A stretch of 40,529 bases of DNA, from the NCBI GenBank assembly GCA_000697335.1, contig JNEM01008406.1:1-40529 (forward strand). The letters are read 5' to 3'. Of the stretch, positions 12,171 through 24,300 are shown piece by piece. Position numbers and translations under genes: made by a program. The notes below the pieces were generated by a model. That model was not told the origin of the DNA, searched no databases, and saw nothing but the letters and a program-made list of their open reading frames with translations. Position 1 is the first letter of the stretch. Each line of letters starts with the position of its first letter. The DNA is from Conidiobolus incongruus B7586 (taxonomy: Eukaryota).

Positions 12171-14368
12171 ATGTCAGAAGTTAATTATAATACAGAGGAT
12201 ATTAAATCAGAAACTTTAAAATTGTTAAATGAATGCGATTTAGAGTAATAAACTATGCTAAATTTATTATATGATGATTAATGTTTTGATATTAGTGAGT
12301 TAACACCCAAGAAGGTGAGAAGAATGCTAGAATCCCGTTTAAATTATGAAGAATTGAGTTTGGATGCTGAAGAACCTAGAGCATTAATTAAAGAAATCTT
12401 AGACGATTTTATTTTGGTAATTTTACTATATATATTTTTTATTTTAAATTAATTTATTCTTTATTAGAAACAACAAAATGAACAAAATCAATCAGGTAAA
12501 ATGAGTATAATAATATGCATTATAAAGTGAATCCAAATTAAATATATATATATATATATATAGAAGACGAGGATAATCAAAATCAAAATGAAGTAATTAC
12601 ATATAAAGAATTATTATTACATAAAAGTTTTAATGTATTATATTTGTATTATTAGGAAGGATCCAAAACCATAGAGTAATTATCACCGATAATCAATATA
12701 ATATACTATTATATATTGAATCATTGTTTGATCCTATATAGAAATCCATCTGAAGATGATGAAACTTCAATTAAATCCTCCACAGACCAGAGTCCAACTA
12801 AATCTTCGCAAGCTTCCAAAAAGAGGAAATTGGCTGCTGAGTCGGATAATGAAAATATTGAAGACGATTTAAATCAAGATGAAGATAACAAAGACGAAAA
12901 TGAAAGCAATGACGAGGACGAAGAAAGCACAGTAAGTACAATTTTATTTCCAAATCCTAAGAAAGTATGAGATTAACTAATATTATAGAAATCTAAATCT
13001 AGAAAAGGAAAATCAACTAAGGACCCGGTAATATTAAATTTAATCAAACTAATTAAATATACATTTTTACACTCGATTAGGCAGATCAAGTTAAAGAAAA
13101 AATTAAAAGATTAAAATCCTACGTTAACAAATGTGGAGTTCGCAAACAATGGTAATATTAATTGATATTAAATCAAATTGACAATATTTAAATTTTTCAA
13201 ATCATTAGGAGTAAAGAGTTGACTGGACTTAATGAAAGACAGCAGATTAAAAAATTACAAAATTTGCTCCAAGAATTGGGTGTCAAAGGTCGCCCTACTA
13301 TTGAAAAATGTCGCAAGGTCGCAATGCTAAGAGAATTGGAAGGTGCTGACATTTCCTCGGAGTCAGCAGCATCTGAAGAATCTGATGTATCCGCAGTTAG
13401 CGATCGTGATGAAAAAGAAACTGACAAGATCGTTAAGAAAGTTAAAAACGGCAAAAAAGTTATAGAGAGTGATGATGGCGATGATGAATCTGAAGCTGAT
13501 GATAAAAAAAAGGATAAAAATAGTGACAATGAGAATTCTAACGATGATGAAGATGACGAAGATAAAGACAAAGAGGGAAGTAATGATGAAAATTCAGAGC
13601 GCTCTGTAAGTGTCATCATGTTAATTATTGATATCAAAACCAAAACTAACATCGATCAATTGAATAGAAATCAATATCTGATTCTCCTGCCACTAAATCT
13701 AAAAGAGTCAAAAAGGCTAAAGAGCCTGTAAACTAACTATTATTCAACCTCATTAGCTTATATTAATTAATTGGTTTTATAATAGATGGATCCTTTACAA
13801 GAAAAGATTGCCAAACTCAAGTCATATGTTTATAAATGTGGTGTTCGTAAGATGTGGTAATTTCAATATATTATTATGGATGTGAGCTCTATTTTAAATG
13901 CATAAATAATTAGGAGTAAAGAATTAGCTGGTATGGATGAACGACAACAAATTAGAAAATTAAACAAGATTCTGGAAGAGTTGGGTGTTGAAGGACGACC
14001 CACTGTTGAAAAATGTCTTCAAATTGCTGAACTAAGGGAATTGGAAGCTGAAAAGAATAGTAACTTAAACTTACTCCCATTATAATAATCCAATATCATA
14101 TTAAATTATTTCAAACAGGTATGGATGTATCTAACATCATTGACTCGGATGATAATGAAGAATATCACGCTCCTCGTACGAGATCTAGTAGAAATGCTTC
14201 TAATAAATCGAAAACAAAGCAAATTGAAAAGGAATTTTCAGAACTGGAAGCTATCAAAGTAATGTTTTATAATCTTGAGATAATCACTATTACTAAATTT
14301 TTAATTTTTAGCCTCAAAAGCGCAGCTCATTCTTTTCATTTTTAAATGATAGCGATATCGACGATTAA
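12171..14368 (+). CDS. DEK-C domain / HIRIP3-like acidic histone chaperone, 14 exons, with two copies of the conserved KLKSYVxKCGVRKxWSKEL...LGVxGRPTxEKC domain
   Basis: ATG 12171. The N-terminus has DEK-C-like DLDELTPKKVRRMLESRL...ALIKEILDDF. 13 GT-AG introns give an open frame to TAA 14366-14368. Long D/E/K-rich tracts, two CGVRKxW..GRPTxEKC repeats and a following MDVSNII..RTRS motif resemble HIRIP3-family proteins. Family assignment is from recalled motifs. Confidence 0.8.
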
Positions 14369-14943
14369 AGTAACATTATATCTATTAAATATTTATTAAT
14401 GATTTATTATAAATATTTAATATATATTAGTTAGCTTTGATAAACTTAAATTTAGGTCCAATTTATACATATATATATATATATATACGTTTAACTTTAA
14501 TTTTAAAGATTCTGAAATTTCGTTTATTTAAGAATTTGAATTGTTCCTGTTCCATGTAAGAAAAATATTGTTGAATTAGAATGAAATATAGTTTTTAAAG
14601 AATTGCTATATAAAATTTTATTATACTCCCTAAAAAATTTTAATTAAAAGATTAATAGTATGAAAATAAATAGATTACCTTGATAAAACTAACAGTAAAA
14701 AATTTATCCAAATTGTATAGGATCCGCCTTTATAAAATAAATCAGAATATATGATTGACAAGTATAATTATTATATCCGAAATAATAATATCATTCTGAT
14801 GAAAATATGATGAATTAATCATTAAATGAAAATTAATTATTTTTTGCTAATATGAAATTAAATATTTAAAATTGGTTATAGTATTTTATATTAAGTGGGA
14901 TGATCAAATCCAAGTATATTTAAAGAAAATTTTGAATATGGGG

Positions 14944-14951
14944 AAAAAAAA
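14944..14951 (-). terminator. RNA polymerase III oligo-dT terminator of tRNA-Met
   Basis: A8 on + (T8 on -) begins 10 nt after the tRNA discriminator base. Confidence 0.8.
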
Positions 14952-14961
14952 CCATGGATTA

Positions 14962-15034
14962 TGCTCCCTGTCGGGTTCGAACCGACGACCTCGAGATTAT
15001 GAGACTCACGCGCTGCCAACTGCGCCAAAGAAGC
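14962..15034 (-). tRNA. tRNA-Met (CAT), elongator type, intronless, 73 nt
   Basis: GCTTCTT TG GCGC AGTTGGCA GCGC G TGAGT CTCATAA TCTCG AGGTC GTCGG TTCGAAC CCGAC AGGGAGC A forms a full cloverleaf. G1-C72, the TTCG T-loop and U31:U39 indicate elongator rather than initiator Met. Confidence 0.97.
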
Positions 15035-15044
15035 TTAACAATTC

Positions 15045-15345
15045 TGTCACAGTTCTCAGTGGCATTATCACTGAAATCATGATCTACAGGGAGTTGTCAC
15101 CAATCCATAACCCGCACAATTAGAACTGTGCTGTATACTGGTGGATGAACCACTAATAAACAGAAATATATTAAGGTAAATAAGTAAGGTTTATTGTTGA
15201 TATTGCACACAATAACAAGCCGAGGCTTAGTTATTGTACTAAAGATGGTATTTATACGGTAATACCAGTATTGAGATTGAGCCATATACACATGATATGA
15301 TTCTATTGACTAGATGGTAGGAGAAACAGGATCAAATCCGTCACA
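15045..15345 (-). mobile_element. Solo LTR (301 bp) of an LTR retrotransposon, inserted immediately upstream of the tRNA-Met gene
   Basis: Ends TGTCACAG...CCGTCACA (TG..CA, imperfect terminal inverted repeat). Perfect 5 bp flanking direct repeat AATTC at 15040-15044 and 15346-15350. GC content is higher than the flanks. On the - strand TATAAATA (15249-15256) precedes AATAAA (15190-15195), matching U3-R-U5 order. Confidence 0.85.
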
Positions 15346-16299
15346 AATTCACCTCTTCATTTACTTATAATTCATAAAAATATTTTATATTCTTAATATT
15401 TATATCAATTTTTTTATCTTTTCTCTTACTTTTCCTTATTTTATTTTTCCTTCCAATTAAATATTTTTACTTTTTTTCATTCTATCATCGTTTTATTTGA
15501 TTTAATATCAGTATTTTTCTAATATACATTATTTTATCTATCTTATATTATATTTTCCTTTTTCAAAAATTCATTATGATATCATTGTAGTATACGATTT
15601 CAAACATTACGACATGATAGAAAAACTTCGTTGATAATAAATATGGTGATTAATATTAAAGTTTAATTTTACTAATATATTAACATATCATTATTTATTA
15701 TCTTGGTTCAATCAAATTCATATATATGATGAATTTTTTTAAAATATAAATAATAAAGAAAATCATATATTCAATTTCTTTTGTAAATAATTTTTCTTTT
15801 TCAATATAATGAAATTTAATTAATAAATTTAATAAACAAAATAATATTTTTATATTTAAGTTATCATTTAAGATAAAATTACTAAATTGACTTGCATAAT
15901 AAAATTTTCTTAAATAATTAACAATTGATTTAAAAACAAATGTATAAATTTAAAAATTATTTTAATGATTATCTGGAAATTGAGTTGGAATACCATTTTA
16001 TTAAAATCAAATTTCTTTATAAAAATATTAATTGGATTTGAAATATCAATATTTGATGAAATGAAAGATCAGTAGTAATAGCAATAATGAAAAAAAAACT
16101 GTAAAAACTACATAATAACTAAAAATTATTTTGTTTAATTTTTATTGTTTGATTTATATTTATGGTAATATTAAATTAAATAGTTGAAGATGAGATTCAA
16201 GATGACTGGAATAAAATAGTATGCTCAGAGTAAAGATATATTATATTCCAAAATCTTGAAAAATTTTGGGAATATAAAATAAGGAAAATATTGTGGAGG

Positions 16300-19200
16300 C
16301 TATAAAAATCCTGATTCAGTCAATAATCTACAGATCTTTTGATCCTCTCTCTCTTTAGGCTCGACCATTAAACTTAACTCATATAACTGTGTTAAATTAG
16401 GCGCTCCCATAATTTCCTTATTTAAAAAGTTTTGCAATTCAGCAACTGCTGAAAGGCAGTAGGGTGAATTTTGATATTGTTGGATTTCATTGATAATCTC
16501 AGCTGTCTTAGCTTGCTTAGAATAATTGATAAAGTTAGGATTTTTAACCATATAATCATTGTTACCATCCTCATTAAATGTGAGATCAGTCAAGTAGACA
16601 CCAAGAAAAGGTACACAAGGTGGGTTGACGGAGTGTAAAATTTCTCTATAAGCACTAAAATTCTTGGTCGAATCCATTACACGCTTATAGTATTCATATC
16701 GCTCCAGAGTCTTGCCGTTCAATAGATCCCAAGTTCTACGAAGTCTATAAACTGGAGCCACGCTAAATGCTGCCAAAAGAGACATCAGGCAGTTGAAATT
16801 GTTAAGAGCAAAAAGCTTCTCTGCAAGAATGATCAAGAATTTGATGAAATTGAGACGTTTTTTGACATCCTTGCGAATGATAATTGCCTGTGCAAACCAA
16901 TGGGTTACTTGGTTACTCCATTCAATCATTGCCTTAACATTTGGAGCAAGGTCGCTGTCTTTATTACTCCATGCTTTGTTCAAGAATTCGTGAGGCCTGA
17001 GACGATTATAAAGCTGAGAGTCAATAATTGTGAGTTGTCTAGAAAGTTCTAGTGGATCAATATCGGTCATTGTAAGATTTTTAAATGACTTGGGCAGAAT
17101 TGGTTGAGGTACTTGGTTAATATTTTTAACTAATTTCCTGAATCCTCCTTCTGTTGTTTCCTTTCTTTTGGCAATTAATTTCACTAAAGCTTGAGCGGGT
17201 CCTGGCATTGCATCATTCATAGATGTTAAAGTAAATTGTCTTAAATATTCTAAGGCTTCAGGTTCATTTTCATAGTAAAAACTGTCCAGCCAAGTTTTAA
17301 GTACATTAATTACTCTTAGTCTGACAGGCTTCAATTTCTTCTCCATCCAAATTTCACGTTCATCAGGTTGAAGACCAGGTGGGATTTGGAGGTTAAAGCG
17401 TTGGAATAATAAATCAAAGAATTCCATTGTGGTAGTAAAAGAGCGGTAAGTCATCAGAAAGGTAGTTGTAAAATTGGCATCTGGAAGATGATGGCTGGTA
17501 AGGCGCTCGAGAAGAGCCTGAAGAGTACCACCTCTAACATAGCCTTCACTAGAGAGTGCGATAGTTTCATTGGTGTGCTCATATTCGAGATACCAGGGAA
17601 CGTCCTCATCGACGGGATTGCGAGTAAAAGTATTTTCACCTAAATAAATGGCAGTATCTTCAGGAGGGTCGTTAGATCCATTGGATGAAATAGATTGTGA
17701 TCTTGTAGCTCTAGAGGCCTTTGACACAGATGGATGTAAGGTGAAAGAACGAACTCCAACAGAAGCACTAATATCCTCATTTGATGATGCCTTGGATAAT
17801 GAGTGCATGAGTTTGGGGAAATTGTCAATAGATACGGCACCCCTAAGATTTCCTGATGTACCCGGAGATGACATTGAACGTGATGTTTTTTCACCAAGCA
17901 TTGCAGGTCGAGACCCATTGGTTACTTTCATTTCGCTTATTGAGTCTGTGATTTCAGATAATTCATCATCGTCAGGTTCATATTCCAAAAATGGTGCAAT
18001 ATCGCTAAGTTTGCTGTTTGATAGATTCACAGATAGTGCTCGTCTAGGTCGGAAATCAAGAAGCGCAATCAAATCTTTAGATGGAGTTGAACTATTAACA
18101 ATCCCTTTTAACCTTTGAACTTCGCGAAGTAGACCAAAAATTTCGGCATCATCTTTATCATTGATAATCAATTTAGATACTAATAAAGTTTTATATGTTA
18201 AAGCTTCTAATTCTGAAGCTTTTTTGAGCAGATCAGGATACTGATTGGTGAAATAGTGAACACCAGACATGTTTTGTACAAATATCACTAAATTACCCAC
18301 GTCCTGGAAAAGATATTGCTTACAATTAGTAAATTGCTTTGAAAGTTGATCACGAGCAGCCTGGACGGGAATGCTACCTAAGACAATTAAGAATTCACCA
18401 ACATGAAGCGTTAGTTTTCTAATATTTCGAATAATCGAATCCATTTGACAATCGGGATTTTGTATAGATCTATTTAATTTGAGTACGTCAGTTGAGATCA
18501 ATAAAATCAGATCATTTAACTGAGAAGAAATATCCTGCTCCTGATCTTCGGCATCATCTCTCATTGGTGATTGATCTCTTCGAGCGCTGCTTTGAACTTT
18601 GACTCCGCTTTCCTGAGCTGCAGTTGCAAATTGTCTGATATTGAGTAAAATTTCTCCCGCAAACTTTTTCAAACTGACAAGAGCATCAGGTGGTGGCCAC
18701 ACACTCGCTGCTGCACGAGCACTGACAATGAGATCGCCCAGAGTCTCCATAAGATGAAGGTAATGTGCCTTGAGAATAGGATGTGATTCAACGATATTGC
18801 TATCATTTTCTAAAATGCCAGCAGCTTCGAATAGCTCTTTGGTGCCATCAACCACTGCTCTAGCATGGTACATATAGTCTGATTTCACCTTATTCTTGAT
18901 GGAATCATTCAATTTATGAACTGATAAGATGATAGGTGAAATCACAGAACCCCAGCTAAGAGAATTGGTTCCAACCTCATTTCTTGTTTCAGTATCATCT
19001 TCAGGATTGGATAAATTTGAAACAAATCCTGATGGTTTTCTACTTCGTCTAGGAATCACATCATATGTAGCATCATTAACTGTTTCACTATCTTGGGAAG
19101 ATGCAGAAAGAATAGAGCTTACGGATCCTCTTCTGGAATCACATGGTGACAAAGGCTTTAAATATAAATTAATTAATTAATAATTCTATTAGATTAATAA

Positions 19201-19946
19201 TAAATTTAAAATACCGAGAGGAAATTAACATCACAATTCATTTCCCAACAAGTCTGATCAGAGATTGTGTTGAAATAGTATGGCTTATTTGCAAACACTG
19301 AAGGTTTCGTTCCCCAGAAATTTGGTAGCGGATCTGTTTGATTTTGAAACTAGAATCATTTAGAAAAGCTCAAAATATAAAAATATAGTTCAAGTATACT
19401 TACTTCAGGAGGTATAATATCTTGGTGAAGTGATGAAAATAACTGATGACGCCAGTCTTGATTAAGAAAATCACCGTCGACAGCAGCGGCCTCTTCTTCG
19501 GACATTATTTCTTTGTCATCTAACTGTTGTGATAAGGTAGCATCACCATTAGTTAAACTTGTATCGCTATTCTTACGCTCTTCGACAATTGAGGCAGGTT
19601 TAGAATTTTCTTTGTTACTAATAGAATTAGAATCATATTCGCGCTTGAGAGAAGCTAATGATGACACATTTTTTAATTCATGAACCTAATAAAGTATAAT
19701 AAGTATGGTTAATATATGTACTCAATTTGAAAATATCAAAATTACTTTATTAGAAGATACCTCTTCATCAGAATCTATTTGTGTGACAAACTGAGAAGGA
19801 AACCATCCTCTGTTACCTCGACAAGATCCATCCCACCAACCTGTCTCCAATTTAGCTACAACCTGGATAATATCGCCTTGGCGAAATGCAAGTAATGACG
19901 AGTCATCGGGCTGGTGATCACATAGAGCCCGAAATGTTAATGACAT
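16300..19946 (-). CDS. CDC25: Cdc25/Sdc25-type Ras guanine-nucleotide exchange factor (SH3-WW-REM-RasGEF), 4 exons, ~1152 aa
   Basis: Exons 19761-19946, 19404-19685, 19215-19349, 16300-19155 (all phase 0). SH3: ALCDH...LAFRQGDIIQV...GWWDG...GWFPSQFV. WW-like: LPNFWG...PYYFNTISDQTCWE. REM: VRGGTLQALLERL..FLMTYRSF. RasGEF: ELSRQLT, LNNFN, PPCVPFLGVYLTDLTF. Confidence 0.93.
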
Positions 19947-21306
19947 TGTTTTAAAAAAAATTAATAATACAATAATTCAGTCAATATAAAGTTGAATGAA
20001 TGTTTTGAAAATTTAACAAATGAAGAGAATAAATGCTATATAATTATTAATTTTGAATATAGATGAATGTGTAATTATGAATATTTTAGATCAATTAATA
20101 TTGAACAATTAGATGTCAAATAAGTTTCAGAAATCAAAGATAGTTAAAGAAGACAATAAACTAAAATTGACAAAGTGAAAATTAATACACACAACTACTA
20201 ATTAAAAATAAATAACAATCAGGTTATTTGGACAATGGTATAGGATAATTATTTTAAGATGACTGAATAGCAAGTTGGATACAAGATCCTATTATCTTAC
20301 AAATTCCATATAAATAAATTATGACATAATAATTAAATTCTTTCCACCCAAATTTCTTTAAGTTTTTATTGATGGCTTAATTAGGCAAAAATTTTAACTT
20401 TAATATGTGTCAATAAACTCCATAGCATTTATTGACCTTTCCTGATAAGGTATCATCATACCCAATGTAACCACTAGCATATACTAAATAAAAAGGCTTG
20501 ATTGATTCAATTTAGTGTTGAGAAAATTTGCCAAATATAATAGCCAGACATAAGCCTAGGAGTTGCCAAAAGACCATTATTGCGGACTGTTAAATATATA
20601 TACTTTTCATTTAATAAATACATTTATGTTACGCAATTATTTAACATAAAGTATCAAATTCAAGCATATGAACGCCAAATTAAAATAAGCAAATCATATT
20701 TCTAATTGATTTCAAAATAAATGGATTAATTTTGAATGGAATCAAATTTATTGGTTAAAACTCAATTAGCATATAATTGATTTGTTCAATTTGTACATTT
20801 TTCTCCTATCCCACATTCTGAATCAATGCTAGTTATTTGAATTATATCCTATTACAGTGATATCAATTAATAAGCTTATAGATAATTAAAAATATTAATT
20901 AAAATTTTATAAATTGAACTATAATTAAAATTTGAATATATGTCCAATATATATTTTACGTTATAATGATATATACATAATACCTATTATTAATAGTACA
21001 ACAAAACATTGACAATTTCAAGTGATATTTTTCTTAATTATTTGATATATCAAATATTTTATAAGAGTTACTAAAATCGGAAATCCAAATATTAAAATTA
21101 AAGAGGTATATTTGAAAACATACTTAATTAAGATAGAAAGATAAATGCATTCAAGTTTTATTTTTGGAGTATTACCAAAAAAAATCTTTTTTTAATCAAG
21201 GTTCCTAAAAGTATACTAACCCCTCAAATTTACTTAACTTTATTTAATGTAAATTTAAAATATTAATAAAATTTTACTTTTCATATTTTTATCTTTAAAA
21301 CGTTCA

Positions 21307-21330
21307 ATAAATAAATAAATAAATAAATAA
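21307..21330. repeat. (AATA)n microsatellite
   Basis: aataaataaataaataaataaataaa read directly. (TA)n tracts also occur near 11638, 12542, 14468, 26711 and 35682. Confidence 0.8.
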
Positions 21331-24300
21331 AAATTTTTTAAATTTATATAATTTTATGAATTTAATATTCAATTTATAAATAAAATTTTTTTCACTTAAT
21401 TTCACAAATATGATGGTTATATTCTGATTAATATCAGTTAATATCCAATTAATTTTATGTTACAGTAATCTATTAAAGTAATTAATTTACATGTTTATCC
21501 ATATTATGTTGATCAAATACTTGATCATTATTTTTTACTATCTGAAGTTTATTAATTGAAATATAAGCTGAACTAAATCAACTTAAAATTATTAAATAAA
21601 AAAAGTTAAAATATTCTTTAATTTGTTATAAGATATATTATCCATTTATTAATAAATATTTATAATTATTTATGTATTTCTAAATTATATTTAATGCCAA
21701 TTTATTTTTGAATTTTACATATTGAACCACAAATGGATAATAAAAATTTAATAAATCAGATATAGTAATAGATAGTATTAACTGAAAATCACTTAAGCAG
21801 TATTAATACTATAATAATGTATACTATTGATTATTCATTTTAATAGTCGGTATGAGATAGACCAAAATTTGAATTGCTTGATTCAATAATAAACTTTTCC
21901 CATAATCACCACAAAATTTGGAATTCATTTAACCAGTAAACACGATTTTTTATTAAACTAGATATAGATATTGTTAATTTGAATAAAGTCAATGTGAACA
22001 TTTGTCTCATTTATTAATTTTTATTCTTAACCAATCAAATTATCAAACTTAAGTTGAGTAATATCAAATTGAGATAAATATTAATTTACTTCTTAAAATG
22101 AATTTATTTTGATTTATATTATATATAATAGTTTTTTTTAAATTGATTTTAGTATTATATTAGTTAAATAAAAAAATTAATTAATATAACTTATTTTGAA
22201 AATTATTCTATTTAATTTTTTTTACTAAATATATGAAAATTTCTTGATATTTAAAATTTTAATTATTAATTTTTAACTTTAATAGGACAAATATAATTTT
22301 AAAATATATATTCAATTAATCCAAAATTTAACCAATCATGATTAAACTATATTCCAATATAATGCTGATATATTAAAAACATATATTGAATATATTTGAT
22401 ATATTGCAAAATAGACTTAATTTATTTCTATTTATCTATATAATTATTCTTATTATCTTTTTTTAGGTTTATGTAACCAAACTTTATGGATAAATGTATT
22501 TGAAACTCTTTATTTCTAATCATATAATACTCTTAAATGATATACAATCAATGATATATTATAACCTAAATTATTGGTCATTAATAATATTTCTTATTGG
22601 AAATAAGAACATACTAATATATATTGACAGCATGACCTATTTTGGAAATTAATCCAAATTCTCAATTATTTTCTTCATTTAATACAAAATAAATAATTAA
22701 AATACTTTATTTGCCATTATTAGTTGAGCAAGTTTAAAAGTTCTAATGATAAAATTATGCAATCAATCCATAATCAATTGAAATAATTATTGTTAAGCGC
22801 TTTGTTTATTCATTATCCATATATAAATAATAAAAATATAGATCAAGCTGAAATATCACCATAAATTTATTATATATAATTCATGATTATATTTAGTTCA
22901 AATTAGATCTTATAAGTATTCTGTTGAATTAATTTTAAGTTTTAATACATATTAAGTATTTCAAATTTTAAAATTATACACTTAATATTATTCTATTAAA
23001 ATACCTTTTTAATGAATATTAAAATGATAAATAATTTAAATTAAATGAAATTTACTAAATTATTTATTAATAATTATAATTTTTAAACATTAAATAAAGG
23101 GTTCTTTTAGATTTTAATATTCATAAATATTCTTTAAACTATTGTAAAATATCTTTTTATATAATTTAATTTATTGATTCTTAATGAATATTGCAATATA
23201 TGATATATTATATAACTTATAATTGATATTTTAATTATGACAAAATACTCGATATAATATAAATTTTTACTTATTAATTTGAATAATTAATTAAAAATTC
23301 TTTGTATATTTAGGTTATTATTAGACTCTTAGTACATAATTCCTTAATTAATTATTTTATTTTGTTTTATACAATTATTGTAGTGCTTACTTTTAATCTC
23401 TTTTGTAAGATGATATCAAAATACCTTAGAGATATAAATTTTTATTATGAATTAGTATTTTATCCAAAATCATAAATTCCAGATATAAATATATATTGTT
23501 GAATCTAATTAATTATTTATTAATTTTTTAATATCGTATAAATTTATGCAGGAAAAACTATATAATACTTCTAGTCTGTGGAATAACAAAGGTGCATATG
23601 AGGGTTTAAATTATTTGTGAAAATTATATAAATACAGATATTGGATAACGGTTGTTGATATGGTCATTTTTGTCCTTATTTTTCTTTACCAATTAATCAT
23701 AAGTAAACTCACTATAACTCAAATTTTGACTTAATTTTTTGGTTACTGTAATTGGAAACGATAGGTGAAATTAAAACTAAAATTATCATTGAAAATAAAA
23801 ACACAAATTATTAATAGAATAATTACACTTGAATTACATATTTATAATATATAAATTTTTCATTATGTTTTATACATTATGATTGATTTTATTGATATAT
23901 TTCAAAATCATTAATCTCTACCAAAAGAAATATAGCGTTTCTAAATTAGAATTTTTTCAACTGTCCAATCATAGGATGATAATTCAAATGTAGATAAATT
24001 TAATTGGCAGATAAAGATTGCAAAATAACAAAATGAACTAGATTATTAATTCAATTATAAATATCTATCAAGCTTATTTGCTGAATGATAAAATAAAAAT
24101 CAGTTTTTGTGTTGATTTAATAGGGTCTACTTAAAGAGTTTTAAGTTTCAAATTTAACAATGGAAATAAAACAATTTATATATAATAATATAAATTTAAT
24201 TATAGTTTAAACGGTACAAATTACATAGAATTTTATACGGAATGTTGTTATAGTTTTATCCTAGGTTCCATTTAATATTAATTTTGATTGATGATGTAAA

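Noticed and set aside
13197..13652. Ser/Leu-rich antisense ORF, and the other antisense or overlapping ORFs inside the TF, RasGEF, tomosyn, RBA50 and ADE13 genes
   Set aside because: Shadow frames of real coding sequence (e.g. the complement of GAT/GAA-rich acidic tracts), with no independent evidence.
14872..15291. ORFs 14872-15123 (+) and 15097-15291 (-)
   Set aside because: They overlap the tRNA gene and solo LTR and have no protein features.
15045..15345. Structured ncRNA (U1, RNase P/MRP, SRP, telomerase RNA, H/ACA snoRNA, TPP riboswitch) co-transcribed with the tRNA
   Set aside because: Only scattered short look-alike motifs on mixed strands (ATTTACCT, ATTGCAC, hairpin+ACA, CTCAATCTCAAT), and none in the required order. 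TG..CA ends, a perfect 5 bp TSD and TATA/AATAAA explain it better as a solo LTR.
19686..19760. U12-type intron in the RasGEF (donor GTATCTTC)
   Set aside because: The donor deviates from RTATCCTT and there is no TCCTTAAC-type branch point (only TATTAAC); most likely U2-type.
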